In this document: piece after piece, positions 49,733 through 60,756 of the stretch
How the letters are laid out: each line of letters begins with the position of its first letter
How positions within the stretch are numbered: the first letter of the stretch is position 1
Source of the DNA: an uncultured Colwellia sp.
GTDB taxonomy: Bacteria; Pseudomonadota; Gammaproteobacteria; Enterobacterales; Alteromonadaceae
NCBI GenBank assembly: GCA_913063325.1
Contig: CAJXYE010000021.1
Location: 215-64,214, forward strand
DNA length: 64,000 nucleotides
Direction: 5' to 3'
Position numbers and translations under genes: made by a program
The notes under the pieces: model-generated
Seen by the model: only the letters and a program-made list of their open reading frames with translations
Databases searched by the model: none
What the model was told of the DNA's origin: nothing

Positions 49733-50914
49733 TTAGCTAGATTGGACTATAATTTGCGGATGTAGACAGATTTTATTTCGACCACTTCTTTTGGCCTGAT
49801 ATAGTGCGAAATCTGCTTTTTTATACATTTCAGTCAGTGTTTCGCTAGGTGGTATGTTCGTATATAAGCCAATACTCAAGGTGCAAGTGATTAACTGCCC
49901 TTCATATGCCACACTCGTACTTTCAACGGCTAACCTTAATCGTTCCAGAACTGCTTTTGTATCTTCTAACTCAGTTTCTGCAAATAACAAGGCAAACTCT
50001 TCTCCTCCTATTCGGCCAAACATATCAAAGCTTCGTATACTATTGATACAACATTTTGTAATGTTAATAAGAACATCATCACCTACAGGGTGACCAAATT
50101 TATCATTAATGGTTTTAAAATGGTCTATATCTAATACGGCAAAACTTAAAGATTTTGAACTCCTTGCGTGTTTATCCCACTCCTTTTCCGCTGCTGTAAA
50201 AAAAGCGCCTCGATTAAGTATTCCTGTTAATGTGTCAATACGTGCAATAGTTACCAGCTCTTTTTCTAATTTTTTTCTGTTTTCAATCTCCTCTCTCAGT
50301 TTAGCTTGCTCCTTGATCAAATTAGCGCTAATTGCTTTACTCTGCTTAAGGAAGAAATGTCGAGAATATTCAAGCCACATAGATATTACCGTACAAAACA
50401 AATAGGTAATAATAAATCGTACCTGAAAACTAGGTGAGTACTTATAAACTTCAATTGAAAATATTGTTGATTGATAGAAAGTGAAAATTGCCATGACCAT
50501 AACAAAGCTTGACCATATCCCCCCTTCTTTTGTACCAAATAAAAAACAAAAAATTAGGGGGGTGGTATAAGCCCATAGAGCTTTTGAACCATCATCCCCA
50601 CCAATAATAACCATATAACTAACTAAACAAACATACAAAAGTGCATTGCTACGATAAACCCAAGAACCCTTTGTTATTTTTTTAAGTAATGCTAAGCCCA
50701 CAATTAGACCAAATGCGGCAGTTATTGCAAAAAGAAATATTAAGTTATTCCCTTTCAACAAGTTGAAAACCCCAAAGATACACATGGTAGGAATGCCTAA
50801 TATCATAAAAATGATATAATGCTGAAGACGAGTTTTTTCCTCTAGTGATACAGGTGCCGATGCGGCAAATGTTTTTATTTTAGAATAAATCCATGTAAAC
50901 ATATCTTTAACCAT
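49733..50914 (-). CDS. Membrane-bound diguanylate cyclase
   Basis: N-terminal TM helices; DTLTGILNR, DIDHFK, RSFD I-site, GGEEF. Confidence 0.92.
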   Translation of the reverse strand: MVKDMFTWIYSKIKTFAASAPVSLEEKTRLQHYIIFMILGIPTMCIFGVFNLLKGNNLIFLFAITAAFGLIVGLALLKKITKGSWVYRSNALLYVCLVSYMVIIGGDDGSKALWAYTTPLIFCFLFGTKEGGIWSSFVMVMAIFTFYQSTIFSIEVYKYSPSFQVRFIITYLFCTVISMWLEYSRHFFLKQSKAISANLIKEQAKLREEIENRKKLEKELVTIARIDTLTGILNRGAFFTAAEKEWDKHARSSKSLSFAVLDIDHFKTINDKFGHPVGDDVLINITKCCINSIRSFDMFGRIGGEEFALLFAETELEDTKAVLERLRLAVESTSVAYEGQLITCTLSIGLYTNIPPSETLTEMYKKADFALYQAKRSGRNKICLHPQIIVQSS

Positions 50915-51090
50915 TTATTTTCTCTTGTTTTTTAGTCATAAAACCTAGGTGAATAAACCACAGTTTGTGTTTACGATAATTTAAGAATGCAGAAAGCTAC
51001 TGTTAAGTACTTTATCCATTGTGAGACAAGCCTTCTATCTGATAAATATTATTATAAAATAGTGTTTAAAAACAATAGGAACAAAACATA

Positions 51091-51846
51091 TTATTTATTG
51101 ATCTGTTGCCATTGTTGTCCGTAATACTTATTCATAATATGTTCAAATGTGCCGTCTTGCTGAAGTATTTCCACCGCCTGTTTCAATACTAAAATTTTAT
51201 TGAGGTGTTTTGATTTCTTTGAAAGTTGTAACCATTGTTCTTTTTCGCCTAAAGCCAACTTGTTTTTAATATCAACTCGATCGAGTACACCATGCTTTTT
51301 CAGCTGATAACTTAGTATTAAAGCACTACCCGCAATAGCATCAATACGTCCACGTTTAAGCATTTGAGCTGCCTGTTCATAATTATTCAACTCAATTACA
51401 TGTAAATTTTTATCACTATCAAATTTTTCACTTAAATGGGTTCCTCGGGTCTTACCAATGACAATGTTATGTAAATCAATATAACGGCTAATACTTAAGC
51501 CTTTCACCGGAATAACAACTGTTTTTACCTTTCGAATGAACCCCGCATATTCAACAAGCTTTGAACGAGAATCAGATTTAAACACAATTCCACCATCATG
51601 ATCGCCCTTTTCAATACTATGCCAAATTCTAGGGTAAGGTAATAACCCTTTATTGATGCACAGACCAGTTAATTTTTCTAACGCCGTTAAATACTCCCAA
51701 TGCACACCTGTTGAGTTTCCGTCGTCATTTACAAATCCAATTGGAGCATTACTGATGACATGAAATTCGAGGCAGTTTCCTGGTTCGAATGCAAAAAGAT
51801 AGCCGGTAAAAAAGTAACAAAAGCAAAACAATAAGGTTTTTAACAT
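51091..51846 (-). CDS. Periplasmic substrate-binding protein (family 3-like)
   Basis: PYPRIW..I..G..D, IGKTRG, MLKRGRIDAI; start placed at ATG 51846. Confidence 0.75.
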   Translation of the reverse strand: MLKTLLFCFCYFFTGYLFAFEPGNCLEFHVISNAPIGFVNDDGNSTGVHWEYLTALEKLTGLCINKGLLPYPRIWHSIEKGDHDGGIVFKSDSRSKLVEYAGFIRKVKTVVIPVKGLSISRYIDLHNIVIGKTRGTHLSEKFDSDKNLHVIELNNYEQAAQMLKRGRIDAIAGSALILSYQLKKHGVLDRVDIKNKLALGEKEQWLQLSKKSKHLNKILVLKQAVEILQQDGTFEHIMNKYYGQQWQQINK

Positions 51847-52261
51847 TGTTTTATACCCTTTATGAAAAAAGAAACAAGATAGCCTCGCCATAATTGCTGT
51901 TGATATTACTTTGATCTTAGCTGAACTAATATTTTCAATTCTTACTTTATATTCGCTTGCTTAGAATTCACCAACTAGATTGTAAATCTCTCAAATATTT
52001 CTTACCTGATAACAGTATATGTAGGAATTGATATTAAATGAAAAAATTATCATTACTATCCGCTTTAAGATTAATGGCTAGATATTTTTCTTCATCATTA
52101 ATATAACTCTTCAACCATAACCTAAATATTATTTCATCAATAGCTTCCCAATAACCCAAGTCAAGAGTGTTTTTTAGTGACTAACGTTAAGGTAGACATA
52201 CCAATTAAGGCATGATTAAAGTTATTATAAACACCAAGAATCTTGAATATTAATGTATATA

Positions 52262-52820
52262 GCTTCAGTTTTTCTCACGAAGCTGTCTTAAATACTCTAA
52301 GGCGCTAAGTGCCCCGAAGCGCCATAGAATCATAAAAATTTAATACCTAAAATCATATTAATCTAATGTCCGCTTTGGTATTTTTTAATCAAATTAGAAT
52401 TTTTGTCTTTATAGATTCCTGATGAAATTTAGAACAATTCTATTATCTAACGCAGGGCTGATTTGTATCGGTTCAAATGTCACTAGGTAAGCCATGGCTA
52501 ACGTCCGGTTTCGTATCTAAGCAGTCCATTCAGAGGTCTTTTTTTTACTAAGAAAATGGTCGATTAGGTGGATTAGGTGGATTAGTGGTCATGCGGGAGA
52601 TTTATTTCAAAGATTAAGGACAATCATAAAACGTAACTAATATGTTAAATTTTCTCATCAGGTGACGCGTTTATCATTATTTGTGATGGTCCACATATTC
52701 ACTAATACCACAAGACCACAAAGCCTACTTAATTATTAGATGAACAACTCTATTTTTATTTCAGCTATCTTCAGGGATATCTGACATTAGAAATAATTTT
52801 TCTATGACGCTAATAAGAAA
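52262..52820. repeat. Junction repeat cluster, copies 3 and 4 plus further palindromic units
   Basis: TACTCTAAGGCGCT-N11-AGCGCCATAGA (from 52293); 52467-52518 matches 4785-4836 at 43/52; TCAGCTATCTTCAGGGATATCTGACATTAG (52761-52790). Confidence 0.75.
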
Positions 52821-53131
52821 TAGCGAGAGATACCTGCATGATTTATCCAATAAAATAAGAAAAATAATGCACGAGGACTAAATCTCATGTCTCATATCAA
52901 TAATGTGAAAACATTTCAAAGAGCAATTGAGTCACAGTTAAAGTCTTAGCTACTATGATATCTATTCTAGCTTCATCAATACCGTATTGTGATAAGTTTG
53001 TTACCAAAGCCTACACATTTTAGCCATTACTTTGGTCAAAATCTAAGTGAATGTGCAAGTAACTAAGAGTATCTCAAGCTAGGGACTGCTGATAAAGACG
53101 AGTTCATTTACCTAACCTAATAGCTATGCCA

Positions 53132-53611
53132 TTAGTACGATGAAATTCTAAAAAAATCTGAAATCGCCTTAGTAACACCATCAATTTTTTTAGTATCCAA
53201 TGGTACAATTAGCACAGTATCATCGCCTGCAATAGTACCTAATATACCAAAAGAGCCCTCTAATGAGTCCAAAACACGCGCGATGATTGAAGCTCCACCG
53301 GCAGCGGTTTTCATTATAATTTGAGTGCCATTATTTTTAATGCTTAATACTATAGTATCAATTGGAAAGTTCACCCTTGGAATGAACAGCTCTTCCGGCA
53401 ATTGATATATAACATTATTTTTAGCATTCCTTATCTTAATTGCACCGACTTTTGACAGTAATCTCGAAACCTTTGATTGAGATATATTGTTAAAGCCTTT
53501 AAGTGAAAGTTCATACACTAATTCATCTTGAGAGCGGTATTCTTTTTCTTTTAACATGTTTTTAAAGGTATTAATAAGATTGTCATTTTGATTAGCTGAT
53601 ATTGCTGTCAT
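53132..53611 (-). CDS. argR: Arginine repressor family regulator (probably a paralog)
   Basis: SQDEL, SQSKVSR, RNAK, GTIAGDDT. Confidence 0.88.
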   Translation of the reverse strand: MTAISANQNDNLINTFKNMLKEKEYRSQDELVYELSLKGFNNISQSKVSRLLSKVGAIKIRNAKNNVIYQLPEELFIPRVNFPIDTIVLSIKNNGTQIIMKTAAGGASIIARVLDSLEGSFGILGTIAGDDTVLIVPLDTKKIDGVTKAISDFFRISSY

Positions 53612-53698
53612 TACATCTATTTCCTACATATTCATTTAAAAATATAAAGTCACCACAGAGTGACTGTTTGCACCTATTTCTTCAATACAAAGCGTTAT

Positions 53699-55282
53699 TT
53701 ACATACAGTTAGTACGGTTTTCATCAGGCAAAATATGTTCAACGGGTTTTAAATATTCAGCAAACCCTTTCCATTTCCCCACGTTAGCATTGGTAATTGG
53801 TTGCCTCACTTGCACAGCACTCGCGGTCGCTACCGGTGATAAGTTCCTTTCAATATCAACAAAGCTGTCTTGCCAAGATAATTGGCAGAACTCCAGTATA
53901 TTTTTTGCTTCATCAACAGGGCTGTTAACCAATTTTTCGTAGTTAACCAGCATAAAGTTATTTGGGTACTTAACTTGCCAAAATTCAGCAAGTTTTTTGA
54001 ATTCTAAATAAAAGAGTGCTGTACTTTCTAGCGACAAGGCATAATCGCAATAGCGGTAACTAGGAGAAAAAATTTGCCGGTAATTACTGAGTACCGTATC
54101 GTGCGCGCCCCGATCTAAACAAATAATTTTACACTGCGGCAATGCCTTTATAATGTAACCAGCAAAGAGAATATTTAAAGGTAACTTATCAACAAACTTT
54201 TCTGTATCGGCAAGTTTTAAAGTAATTGAGCGGATATAATCTTGACCTAGCGCGTCAAAATCAATATTTGTCGCAGTTTCTATATCGCTTTTCTTTTGGA
54301 GTTTATTCCAATTTAATCCACTGGACTTTTTAAGTAACATTTCAAAATGATGCAGCTCTCCGGCACTTTGTACTTCTGGGTGGTTAGTCAGAATACGCTC
54401 TACTAATGTAGTGCCCGTTCGCGGCATACCAACAACAAATATTGCCTGATTATTATCATGACCTTGGGATAAGTTTTGCTCGGGCTGAGAAAAAACCTCT
54501 TTTAAAGCCGCAAACATTTGTATGTCGCTTGCTACTTCATAGTTTACCGCTTTTATCCTGTTATTTTTCACTTGTTGAAGTAGATTCATTGCTCGAGGGT
54601 AATCGCCAACAGCAATAAGTTCATCCGCTAATGCATGTGCAATATAAAGCCTGTCTTCATTGTTTGAAACATGAGCTAATAAGGCAGATAACCGCTCTAT
54701 ATGATTATGTTCTGTCGATATATTACCTAAGTGAGTTAACGCCGTATGGGCTTGATAATGACGAGAGTCCAGAGAAATAGCCTGTTCATATGCGGCTCTT
54801 GCTTCATTAAACCTACCAAGATATTTATGAGAGGATGCCAAATTATAATGAAAATTAGCTTGTTTATTATGTAAACTGATAGCTCGGCTAAAAGCGTTAC
54901 ATGCTTGATCATGTTGGCCTAATTGACTATAAATAACGCCTAAAGTGTCACAATCAAATGCTGACTTTACGTTGTTAAGACAAACCTTTTCCAGCCATAA
55001 TTGAGTTTTTTCTGGTTCTGATTGTTGTGAATATATTTTAGCAATTAATAAAGGATAACTCGCTTCATCGGGAGACAATAACGCCGCACGTTCAAGTAGC
55101 TCTATTGCCTTAGGCTTATTGTCATGGGCTAATGGTATTTGTGCCAATAAATAAAAAGCTTGCGCGTATTTCGGTGAGACTTTTAGAATATTTAATAAGT
55201 GACGGTGAGCCTGCTCATAATTTTTATTTTGCAATGCTTGTTTTGCCTGCTTTTCTATCTCAACTAATTGTTCACTATTCAC
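53699..55282 (-). CDS. TPR-repeat sulfotransferase-family protein
   Basis: N-terminal TPRs; PAPS-loop-like GMPRTGTTL, DKLPLN, R..HDTVLS, TASAVQVRQP. Confidence 0.9.
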   Translation of the reverse strand: MNSEQLVEIEKQAKQALQNKNYEQAHRHLLNILKVSPKYAQAFYLLAQIPLAHDNKPKAIELLERAALLSPDEASYPLLIAKIYSQQSEPEKTQLWLEKVCLNNVKSAFDCDTLGVIYSQLGQHDQACNAFSRAISLHNKQANFHYNLASSHKYLGRFNEARAAYEQAISLDSRHYQAHTALTHLGNISTEHNHIERLSALLAHVSNNEDRLYIAHALADELIAVGDYPRAMNLLQQVKNNRIKAVNYEVASDIQMFAALKEVFSQPEQNLSQGHDNNQAIFVVGMPRTGTTLVERILTNHPEVQSAGELHHFEMLLKKSSGLNWNKLQKKSDIETATNIDFDALGQDYIRSITLKLADTEKFVDKLPLNILFAGYIIKALPQCKIICLDRGAHDTVLSNYRQIFSPSYRYCDYALSLESTALFYLEFKKLAEFWQVKYPNNFMLVNYEKLVNSPVDEAKNILEFCQLSWQDSFVDIERNLSPVATASAVQVRQPITNANVGKWKGFAEYLKPVEHILPDENRTNCM

Positions 55283-55475
55283 TCGGTAGTCCTATAGGTG
55301 ACGAATTCACTTCAAATATTGACATAATTCCTTCGTTTTTATTTAAGTTTATCCGTCGGTAGCCACTTATACTAAAAAATGAAGATAGCGTACTCTAATA
55401 AAACAACGTGGGAAGCTTAACAAAAACGTTGCCAATCTTCCCACTTGTTACTTTAACTAAAGCAAGGCTTTAACA

Positions 55476-57902
55476 TTATATTTCAAAGTTATAGTTAAAA
55501 CGCAAACCTACAGTTCTTGGCTTAGTCGTATAGTGACCGTATACTCGACCTAGCTCAGCTAGGTTTTTATTTTGACTATCAAATGTTGCAGCCCCTGCCC
55601 AAGACTTGTCACGACGAACAGAAGTTTTAGCATATTTATCAAATAAATTATCAATGTATAAAGTTACCGACCAACTATCATCAGACAGTTTTGCAGAAAT
55701 ATTACTTAAGGCGTATCCTGGCAATACCTCACCATCAGCTTTCAAGCCAACCTTGGTATAAACATCACTTTGCGCAGTAATACCGTAATTAACATTTAAT
55801 GATTTATCGTCAAAAACATCGGCTTGGTAATTGATGCCCATAGAGAATTGACTCTCAGGAGCTCCCGGTAAACGATCACCGTCCTCGCCGTCATAATGGT
55901 TTTGTAATGCAGAGCCCTGCTCTCCTTTATCGCCAAATAAATAAGGAGCATCTTCTGTTAATTCAGCTTTAGCATAAGCGTAAGTCGCATAAACAATAAT
56001 AGAATCTGATAACATCGCACGAGTAGAAACTTCAACACCTTGAGAGTTAGCTTTACCAGCATTAAGCGTGATTATTTCAGCACCATTAGCTGTTGCAGCG
56101 CTCACCTGCGCATCTTCCCACTCAACATTAAAAATAGCCGCATTAAAATGTAAACGATTGCTAAGCCAAGTACTCTTAAAGCCTAGCTCGAAATTAGTCG
56201 TAGTATCAGGCTGGTAATCCATTTCATTAGGCTCCGCACAAACCTGTGTTGAGCCATCACATAAAGGTAAACCATTAGCGCCGCCTAGTCGAAAGCCTTC
56301 ACTGACGGTGAAATAGGTAGTTATATCCTCATTGATGTTATAACCAGTATTAAACTTAAACAAACTGCCATCATCTTTTGCAGTCACTTCTTCATAAACA
56401 AGTTCATCTACACTACCTATTTCACCGTCATAAAATGGCGCATGATTATCTGATTTCGACCATAAATCATATTCATAAAAACGCGCACCTAGGGTGACAC
56501 TCCACTGTTCAGTAATTTGATAAGCTAATTCACCAAATAGTGCCTGCTCTTTGTCATCAGACTCACCTTTAGCAATATACTCTAAATCGTATTCAATATT
56601 GCTATATTCGCCGCCGAACCAACTATCAGTAGCACCTGGTGTATACTCTCTATCATCATTTTTTGTTTGATCACGATTATAGTACAAACCGACAATCCAA
56701 CTAAGAGCTGAGTCGCCTTGTGAAACTAAACGTAATTCTTGCGTGAAAGTATCTATATCAGAGGTGTCTTTGGTAAAGGCAGGGAAATCTGCGTAACCAC
56801 TCCAGATATCCTGCATTAATAAGTCAGTTTGGTCACGTTGACCTACTTGCTCATAAGTTGAAAAACCGGTGGCAGAAACCAGCTCGGCAAAACCTAAATC
56901 CATTGCTAACTCAAGACTTAATAAGGTGTCTTCTTTTTTATTTGGTTCTTCATAACGATAAGCCGACTCAAATTGGCCAATGTGTGAAGAAATAGGGTTA
57001 GTTGTACTCAGAGTATTGTACTGCACAATTGAATTACCACCATTCTCTTGCTTTTGGTAATAATAATTTAACGTGCCATCGAACCAATCAACTGGTTGCC
57101 AACGAATAGATAAACGCACAGTCGTTATTTGCTCATCATTAGCATCTTCTTTGCTTTTTATGTTTGCAGCGACATCTTGTGGGTCATTCCAATCTGGATC
57201 TGAATTAGAAACCCCTGGCTCCTTAATTAAGTAATTATAATCAACATAACCTGGATTATCGTAATAATTCAGGTTAATACGTACAGCTAACTCATCTTCA
57301 ATGATGGGCGTATTAAATATAAAACCCGCTTCTGCGCCAGTACCATCACTTTCACTCAAAGCAAATATATCACCGGTAATACTACCTTCAGTAATGTCTA
57401 ACTCTGCTTTTTTAGGAATATAACGTATTGCCCCACCCATGGTGCCTGCACCATACAAAGTGCCTTGTGGACCAATTAATACTTCAACGCGCTCCATATC
57501 CGTCAAACGAAGATCAGCATTAGTCGCTATTTCCCCTAGATATGTGGCAACTGTACCGCCATCAGCGCTTCTATCTGAAGAGTTTGTATTTAAGCCACGC
57601 ACGATTATCGATGCACCTTCTCGCCCACCTTGATCCGAAATTGTTAAACCGGGTACCCAGCGAGCAATATCTTCGGCCACAGAAATGTTTTGATCTTTCA
57701 TTACATCACCATCAAGTGCAGTGATATTTAACGGCGCTTCTTGTACCGTCGAGGCACGACGTGATGCCGTTACTGAAATACGTTCAATGCCAACAACCTC
57801 TTGTTTCTTTGGCTGCTCTTCGGCGGCAAGGCTAGATACCGATAAAGTACTAGTAATTGCTAAAAACAGTATCGACTTATTAAATAATTTAATGTTTTTC
57901 AT
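55476..57902 (-). CDS. TonB-dependent receptor
   Basis: ERISVTASRR, RVEVLIGPQGTLYGAG, C-terminal PRTVGLRFNYNF. Start ATG 57902. Confidence 0.93.
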   Translation of the reverse strand: MKNIKLFNKSILFLAITSTLSVSSLAAEEQPKKQEVVGIERISVTASRRASTVQEAPLNITALDGDVMKDQNISVAEDIARWVPGLTISDQGGREGASIIVRGLNTNSSDRSADGGTVATYLGEIATNADLRLTDMERVEVLIGPQGTLYGAGTMGGAIRYIPKKAELDITEGSITGDIFALSESDGTGAEAGFIFNTPIIEDELAVRINLNYYDNPGYVDYNYLIKEPGVSNSDPDWNDPQDVAANIKSKEDANDEQITTVRLSIRWQPVDWFDGTLNYYYQKQENGGNSIVQYNTLSTTNPISSHIGQFESAYRYEEPNKKEDTLLSLELAMDLGFAELVSATGFSTYEQVGQRDQTDLLMQDIWSGYADFPAFTKDTSDIDTFTQELRLVSQGDSALSWIVGLYYNRDQTKNDDREYTPGATDSWFGGEYSNIEYDLEYIAKGESDDKEQALFGELAYQITEQWSVTLGARFYEYDLWSKSDNHAPFYDGEIGSVDELVYEEVTAKDDGSLFKFNTGYNINEDITTYFTVSEGFRLGGANGLPLCDGSTQVCAEPNEMDYQPDTTTNFELGFKSTWLSNRLHFNAAIFNVEWEDAQVSAATANGAEIITLNAGKANSQGVEVSTRAMLSDSIIVYATYAYAKAELTEDAPYLFGDKGEQGSALQNHYDGEDGDRLPGAPESQFSMGINYQADVFDDKSLNVNYGITAQSDVYTKVGLKADGEVLPGYALSNISAKLSDDSWSVTLYIDNLFDKYAKTSVRRDKSWAGAATFDSQNKNLAELGRVYGHYTTKPRTVGLRFNYNFEI

Positions 57903-57988
57903 GCTTTCTCCCATAGTTTTTTGATTTAGTTATTTATTATTTTAATTTTATTGTTCTTATTCTTGTTCTTATTGGTGTTACCTCTAGT

Positions 57989-59137
57989 TCAGCTCTCTAT
58001 CACTGTTACACTCTGCCCTTTAGCAATAACGTGTTTGATGGCCAATGTAGTGGCATCAAGCAAGTTAACATCAGCATCATTTCCCACTTTTATCTGCCCT
58101 TTTTGCATTAACGACAAAATGTTGGCAGGTGATTTAGTAATGCTAGCTAATGCGAGCGCTAATGGCACTTGATGTACTAAAACCGCATCTACCATGGATT
58201 GATGTAGGCTACTCACTCTGCCAACTTCCAATTCAATAAGTTGCCCGTGCTCATCAAAGGTAGGTAAACTGGCATTACCATCTGAGCTCATGGTTAACTG
58301 ACTAATATCAATGCCTTCTGCCAAAGCCATGGCTAATGCTTTAGCTGCCGGTGTTTCACCTTGTTCGATGATTTGCTCGGTTGTGCTGGTGGTGAAGTCT
58401 AAATTCCCCCCCTGTTTCGCATAATCAAAACCAGCTTCGAGTAAGGCTTTATTACGGTTGATATGTGTTGGATAAAATTGAGAAATAGGGATATCTGTCT
58501 GCTCAACTACACGAGTAAGTTTTGACAGTTTTGCCGGTTCGTCACCAACGTGAATACTGACAATACCTTTTTTTCCAGCAAGCATGCCGCCTACACGAGC
58601 CTCGGAAGCGACTCTGGCCATTTCAGCTACGCTCATTTGTGAACTGCGGTGATCAGCTATTGCCACTTCACCAACGCCAATAAACTTCTCAATTAACATG
58701 ATGTCGCGTTTAACTGACTCAGTAATAGACACCATTGGAAAGTGGTAAGAGCCGGTATAACAATAGGCCGACAAGCCCTGCTCTTCTAGTCCATAAGTTT
58801 TGGCAAGCAAGTTCTCTAAACTACGCGTTTCTGCATCAGTACCTAGCGCGCCAATCACGGTAGTAACACCACCAATAAAGGCTTCATCTACATGCATTTC
58901 AGGGGTCCGAGTAGCATAACCACCTTCACCACCACCGCCTGTTATATGCACCAGCGAGTCAACAAAACCAGGGGTAAGAATTTGTCCGCTGGCATCAATA
59001 ACCTCGGTTAATTCATTGGTCATGTGAGATAAATCATCTTCAATGGCTATAATTTTATTTGCCGCTATAAGTACATCTTTTATTCCAAGCGATGTCGGAG
59101 AATATACTTGAGCATTTCTGATTAATTTCATAATCAT
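57989..59137 (-). CDS. iadA: Isoaspartyl dipeptidase (beta-aspartyl peptidase)
   Basis: PGFVD.LVHITGGGGEGG, RTPE, TGSY, ADHRSS, HVGD, PTHINR, SSDGNASLP. Confidence 0.93.
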   Translation of the reverse strand: MIMKLIRNAQVYSPTSLGIKDVLIAANKIIAIEDDLSHMTNELTEVIDASGQILTPGFVDSLVHITGGGGEGGYATRTPEMHVDEAFIGGVTTVIGALGTDAETRSLENLLAKTYGLEEQGLSAYCYTGSYHFPMVSITESVKRDIMLIEKFIGVGEVAIADHRSSQMSVAEMARVASEARVGGMLAGKKGIVSIHVGDEPAKLSKLTRVVEQTDIPISQFYPTHINRNKALLEAGFDYAKQGGNLDFTTSTTEQIIEQGETPAAKALAMALAEGIDISQLTMSSDGNASLPTFDEHGQLIELEVGRVSSLHQSMVDAVLVHQVPLALALASITKSPANILSLMQKGQIKVGNDADVNLLDATTLAIKHVIAKGQSVTVIES

Positions 59138-59140
59138 CCT

Positions 59141-60661
59141 TTAGGTAATATTTAACATCACGGCTGAAACCATGAACGCCATGGCAACACAGGCCATTAA
59201 CAACATAAAACGCCAGATAAACTTGGCCCAAACAAACCAATCAATATTGGTAACACCCAAGCAACCGATTAATGCGGCAGAGGTAGGAATAATGATATTT
59301 GTTAAACCATCACCGAGCTGAAAAGCGAGTACCGCTACTTGTCGTTGCAGCCCAATAATATCGGATAAGGGAGCCATAATTGGCATGGTGAGAGCCGCCT
59401 GACCAGAGCCCGAAGCAATAAAGAAATTGAATACCGACTGAAAGATAAACATACAAACGGCAGAGAGTGCTTTTGGCAATTCAGCTAACAAGTTACCTGC
59501 ATAATACAACACTGTATTAAGTACTGAAGGCTCTGAAGCTTGATCACCACCAAGTATGATAACGATACCTTTGGCCATACCAACAATCATAGCGGCGGGT
59601 AATAACTCTTTCGCCCCGGATTTAAAAGCATCAGCTACTTCATTCACTTTAAGACGCTTACCAATAATGGCGACAAAACCAATCACGCAACCCAAGGTGA
59701 AAAACTGACTGGCTATTTCAGGAATGTAATAGCCACGTGCAACCACACCCCAAATAACCCAAAGTATACCGACTAAAAAAGTCGTTAATAAAACACTATC
59801 AACAGCTGTAAAACTTGCCTTATTGTCGCTATGAATTAACGCCTCTTGGCTGGAGTCATAACAAGGCGATAAACTTGGGTGTTTTTTAATTTTACGGGCA
59901 TAGCGCATGGTAAATACTACGCCTAAGATAGTAAAAACAGTCCACAATACCACTCTAAACTCAAGCGCAGACATAAGTGGTAAACCGGCAATGCCTTGAG
60001 CAATAGCAACACTAAATGGGTTCATCCAAGAGGTGGCAAAACCAATTTGAGTAGCAACATAAGTTACTAATACTGTAGTGATACCGTCATAACCAATGGC
60101 GCGCATTAAGGGTAGCAGTACAATGCAAAAAGCAATGGCCTCTTCTCCCATGCCAAAAACGGCGCCAGCAAAGGAAAATAACACAAACAAAATTGGAATA
60201 AATGCTTGCTCTAATTTTTGCGTTTTTTCTATTAAGGCTAAAATGCCATTATCGATAGCATGCGTTTTCATAATAATGCCAAACGCACCGCCTGTTAAAA
60301 TAATAAACATCATAACGCCAATGGCTGAACCCCATTTGTCGCCAGATACCATGCCCTCAAAGGCAAAATTTAAGAAACCAATGTTGCCACCCTCAGCGAA
60401 TAAAGGTACACCTGCTTGCTGCTCAGCAAACTGAAAACTACCAGCAATTAACTTAGTGGTATTAGTGATAGGATCAAGCTCTACTTGATAAAAGCCTGCG
60501 GGGATAAAGTGCGTGGCAATTGCTGCCAACATCACGATAAAAAATAGGATAATAAAAGCATCCGGCATCGATTTTTCACTAACCAAAGACGTATTTTTCA
60601 TCTCATTGGTGTGTGAATTATCGAGCGAACTACTTTCATTATTGACTTGGTCAATATTCAT
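59141..60661 (-). CDS. yfcC: YfcC/DcuC-like basic amino acid or dipeptide transporter
   Basis: MPDAFIILF, FGMGEEAIAF, SWMNPF, SGSGQAALTMPIM, FQLGDG, PTS. Confidence 0.85.
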   Translation of the reverse strand: MNIDQVNNESSSLDNSHTNEMKNTSLVSEKSMPDAFIILFFIVMLAAIATHFIPAGFYQVELDPITNTTKLIAGSFQFAEQQAGVPLFAEGGNIGFLNFAFEGMVSGDKWGSAIGVMMFIILTGGAFGIIMKTHAIDNGILALIEKTQKLEQAFIPILFVLFSFAGAVFGMGEEAIAFCIVLLPLMRAIGYDGITTVLVTYVATQIGFATSWMNPFSVAIAQGIAGLPLMSALEFRVVLWTVFTILGVVFTMRYARKIKKHPSLSPCYDSSQEALIHSDNKASFTAVDSVLLTTFLVGILWVIWGVVARGYYIPEIASQFFTLGCVIGFVAIIGKRLKVNEVADAFKSGAKELLPAAMIVGMAKGIVIILGGDQASEPSVLNTVLYYAGNLLAELPKALSAVCMFIFQSVFNFFIASGSGQAALTMPIMAPLSDIIGLQRQVAVLAFQLGDGLTNIIIPTSAALIGCLGVTNIDWFVWAKFIWRFMLLMACVAMAFMVSAVMLNIT

Positions 60662-60715
60662 GTTAATTCAACTTTTAAAATACAATAGGTTTATAGATAT
60701 TTCTAATTTTAGTGC

Positions 60716-60750
60716 AAAACAAGGGAGACATAGTTATCTCCCTTGTTTTT
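60716..60750 (-). terminator. Stem-loop between the TBDR and yfcC
   Basis: AAAACAAGGGAGA-N8-TCTCCCTTGTTTT. Confidence 0.75.
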
Positions 60751-60756
60751 ATGAAC

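Noticed and set aside
52030-52170. Short open frame on the minus strand (DLGYWEAIDEIIFRLWLKSY...)
   Set aside because: No convincing in-frame start and no recognisable family.
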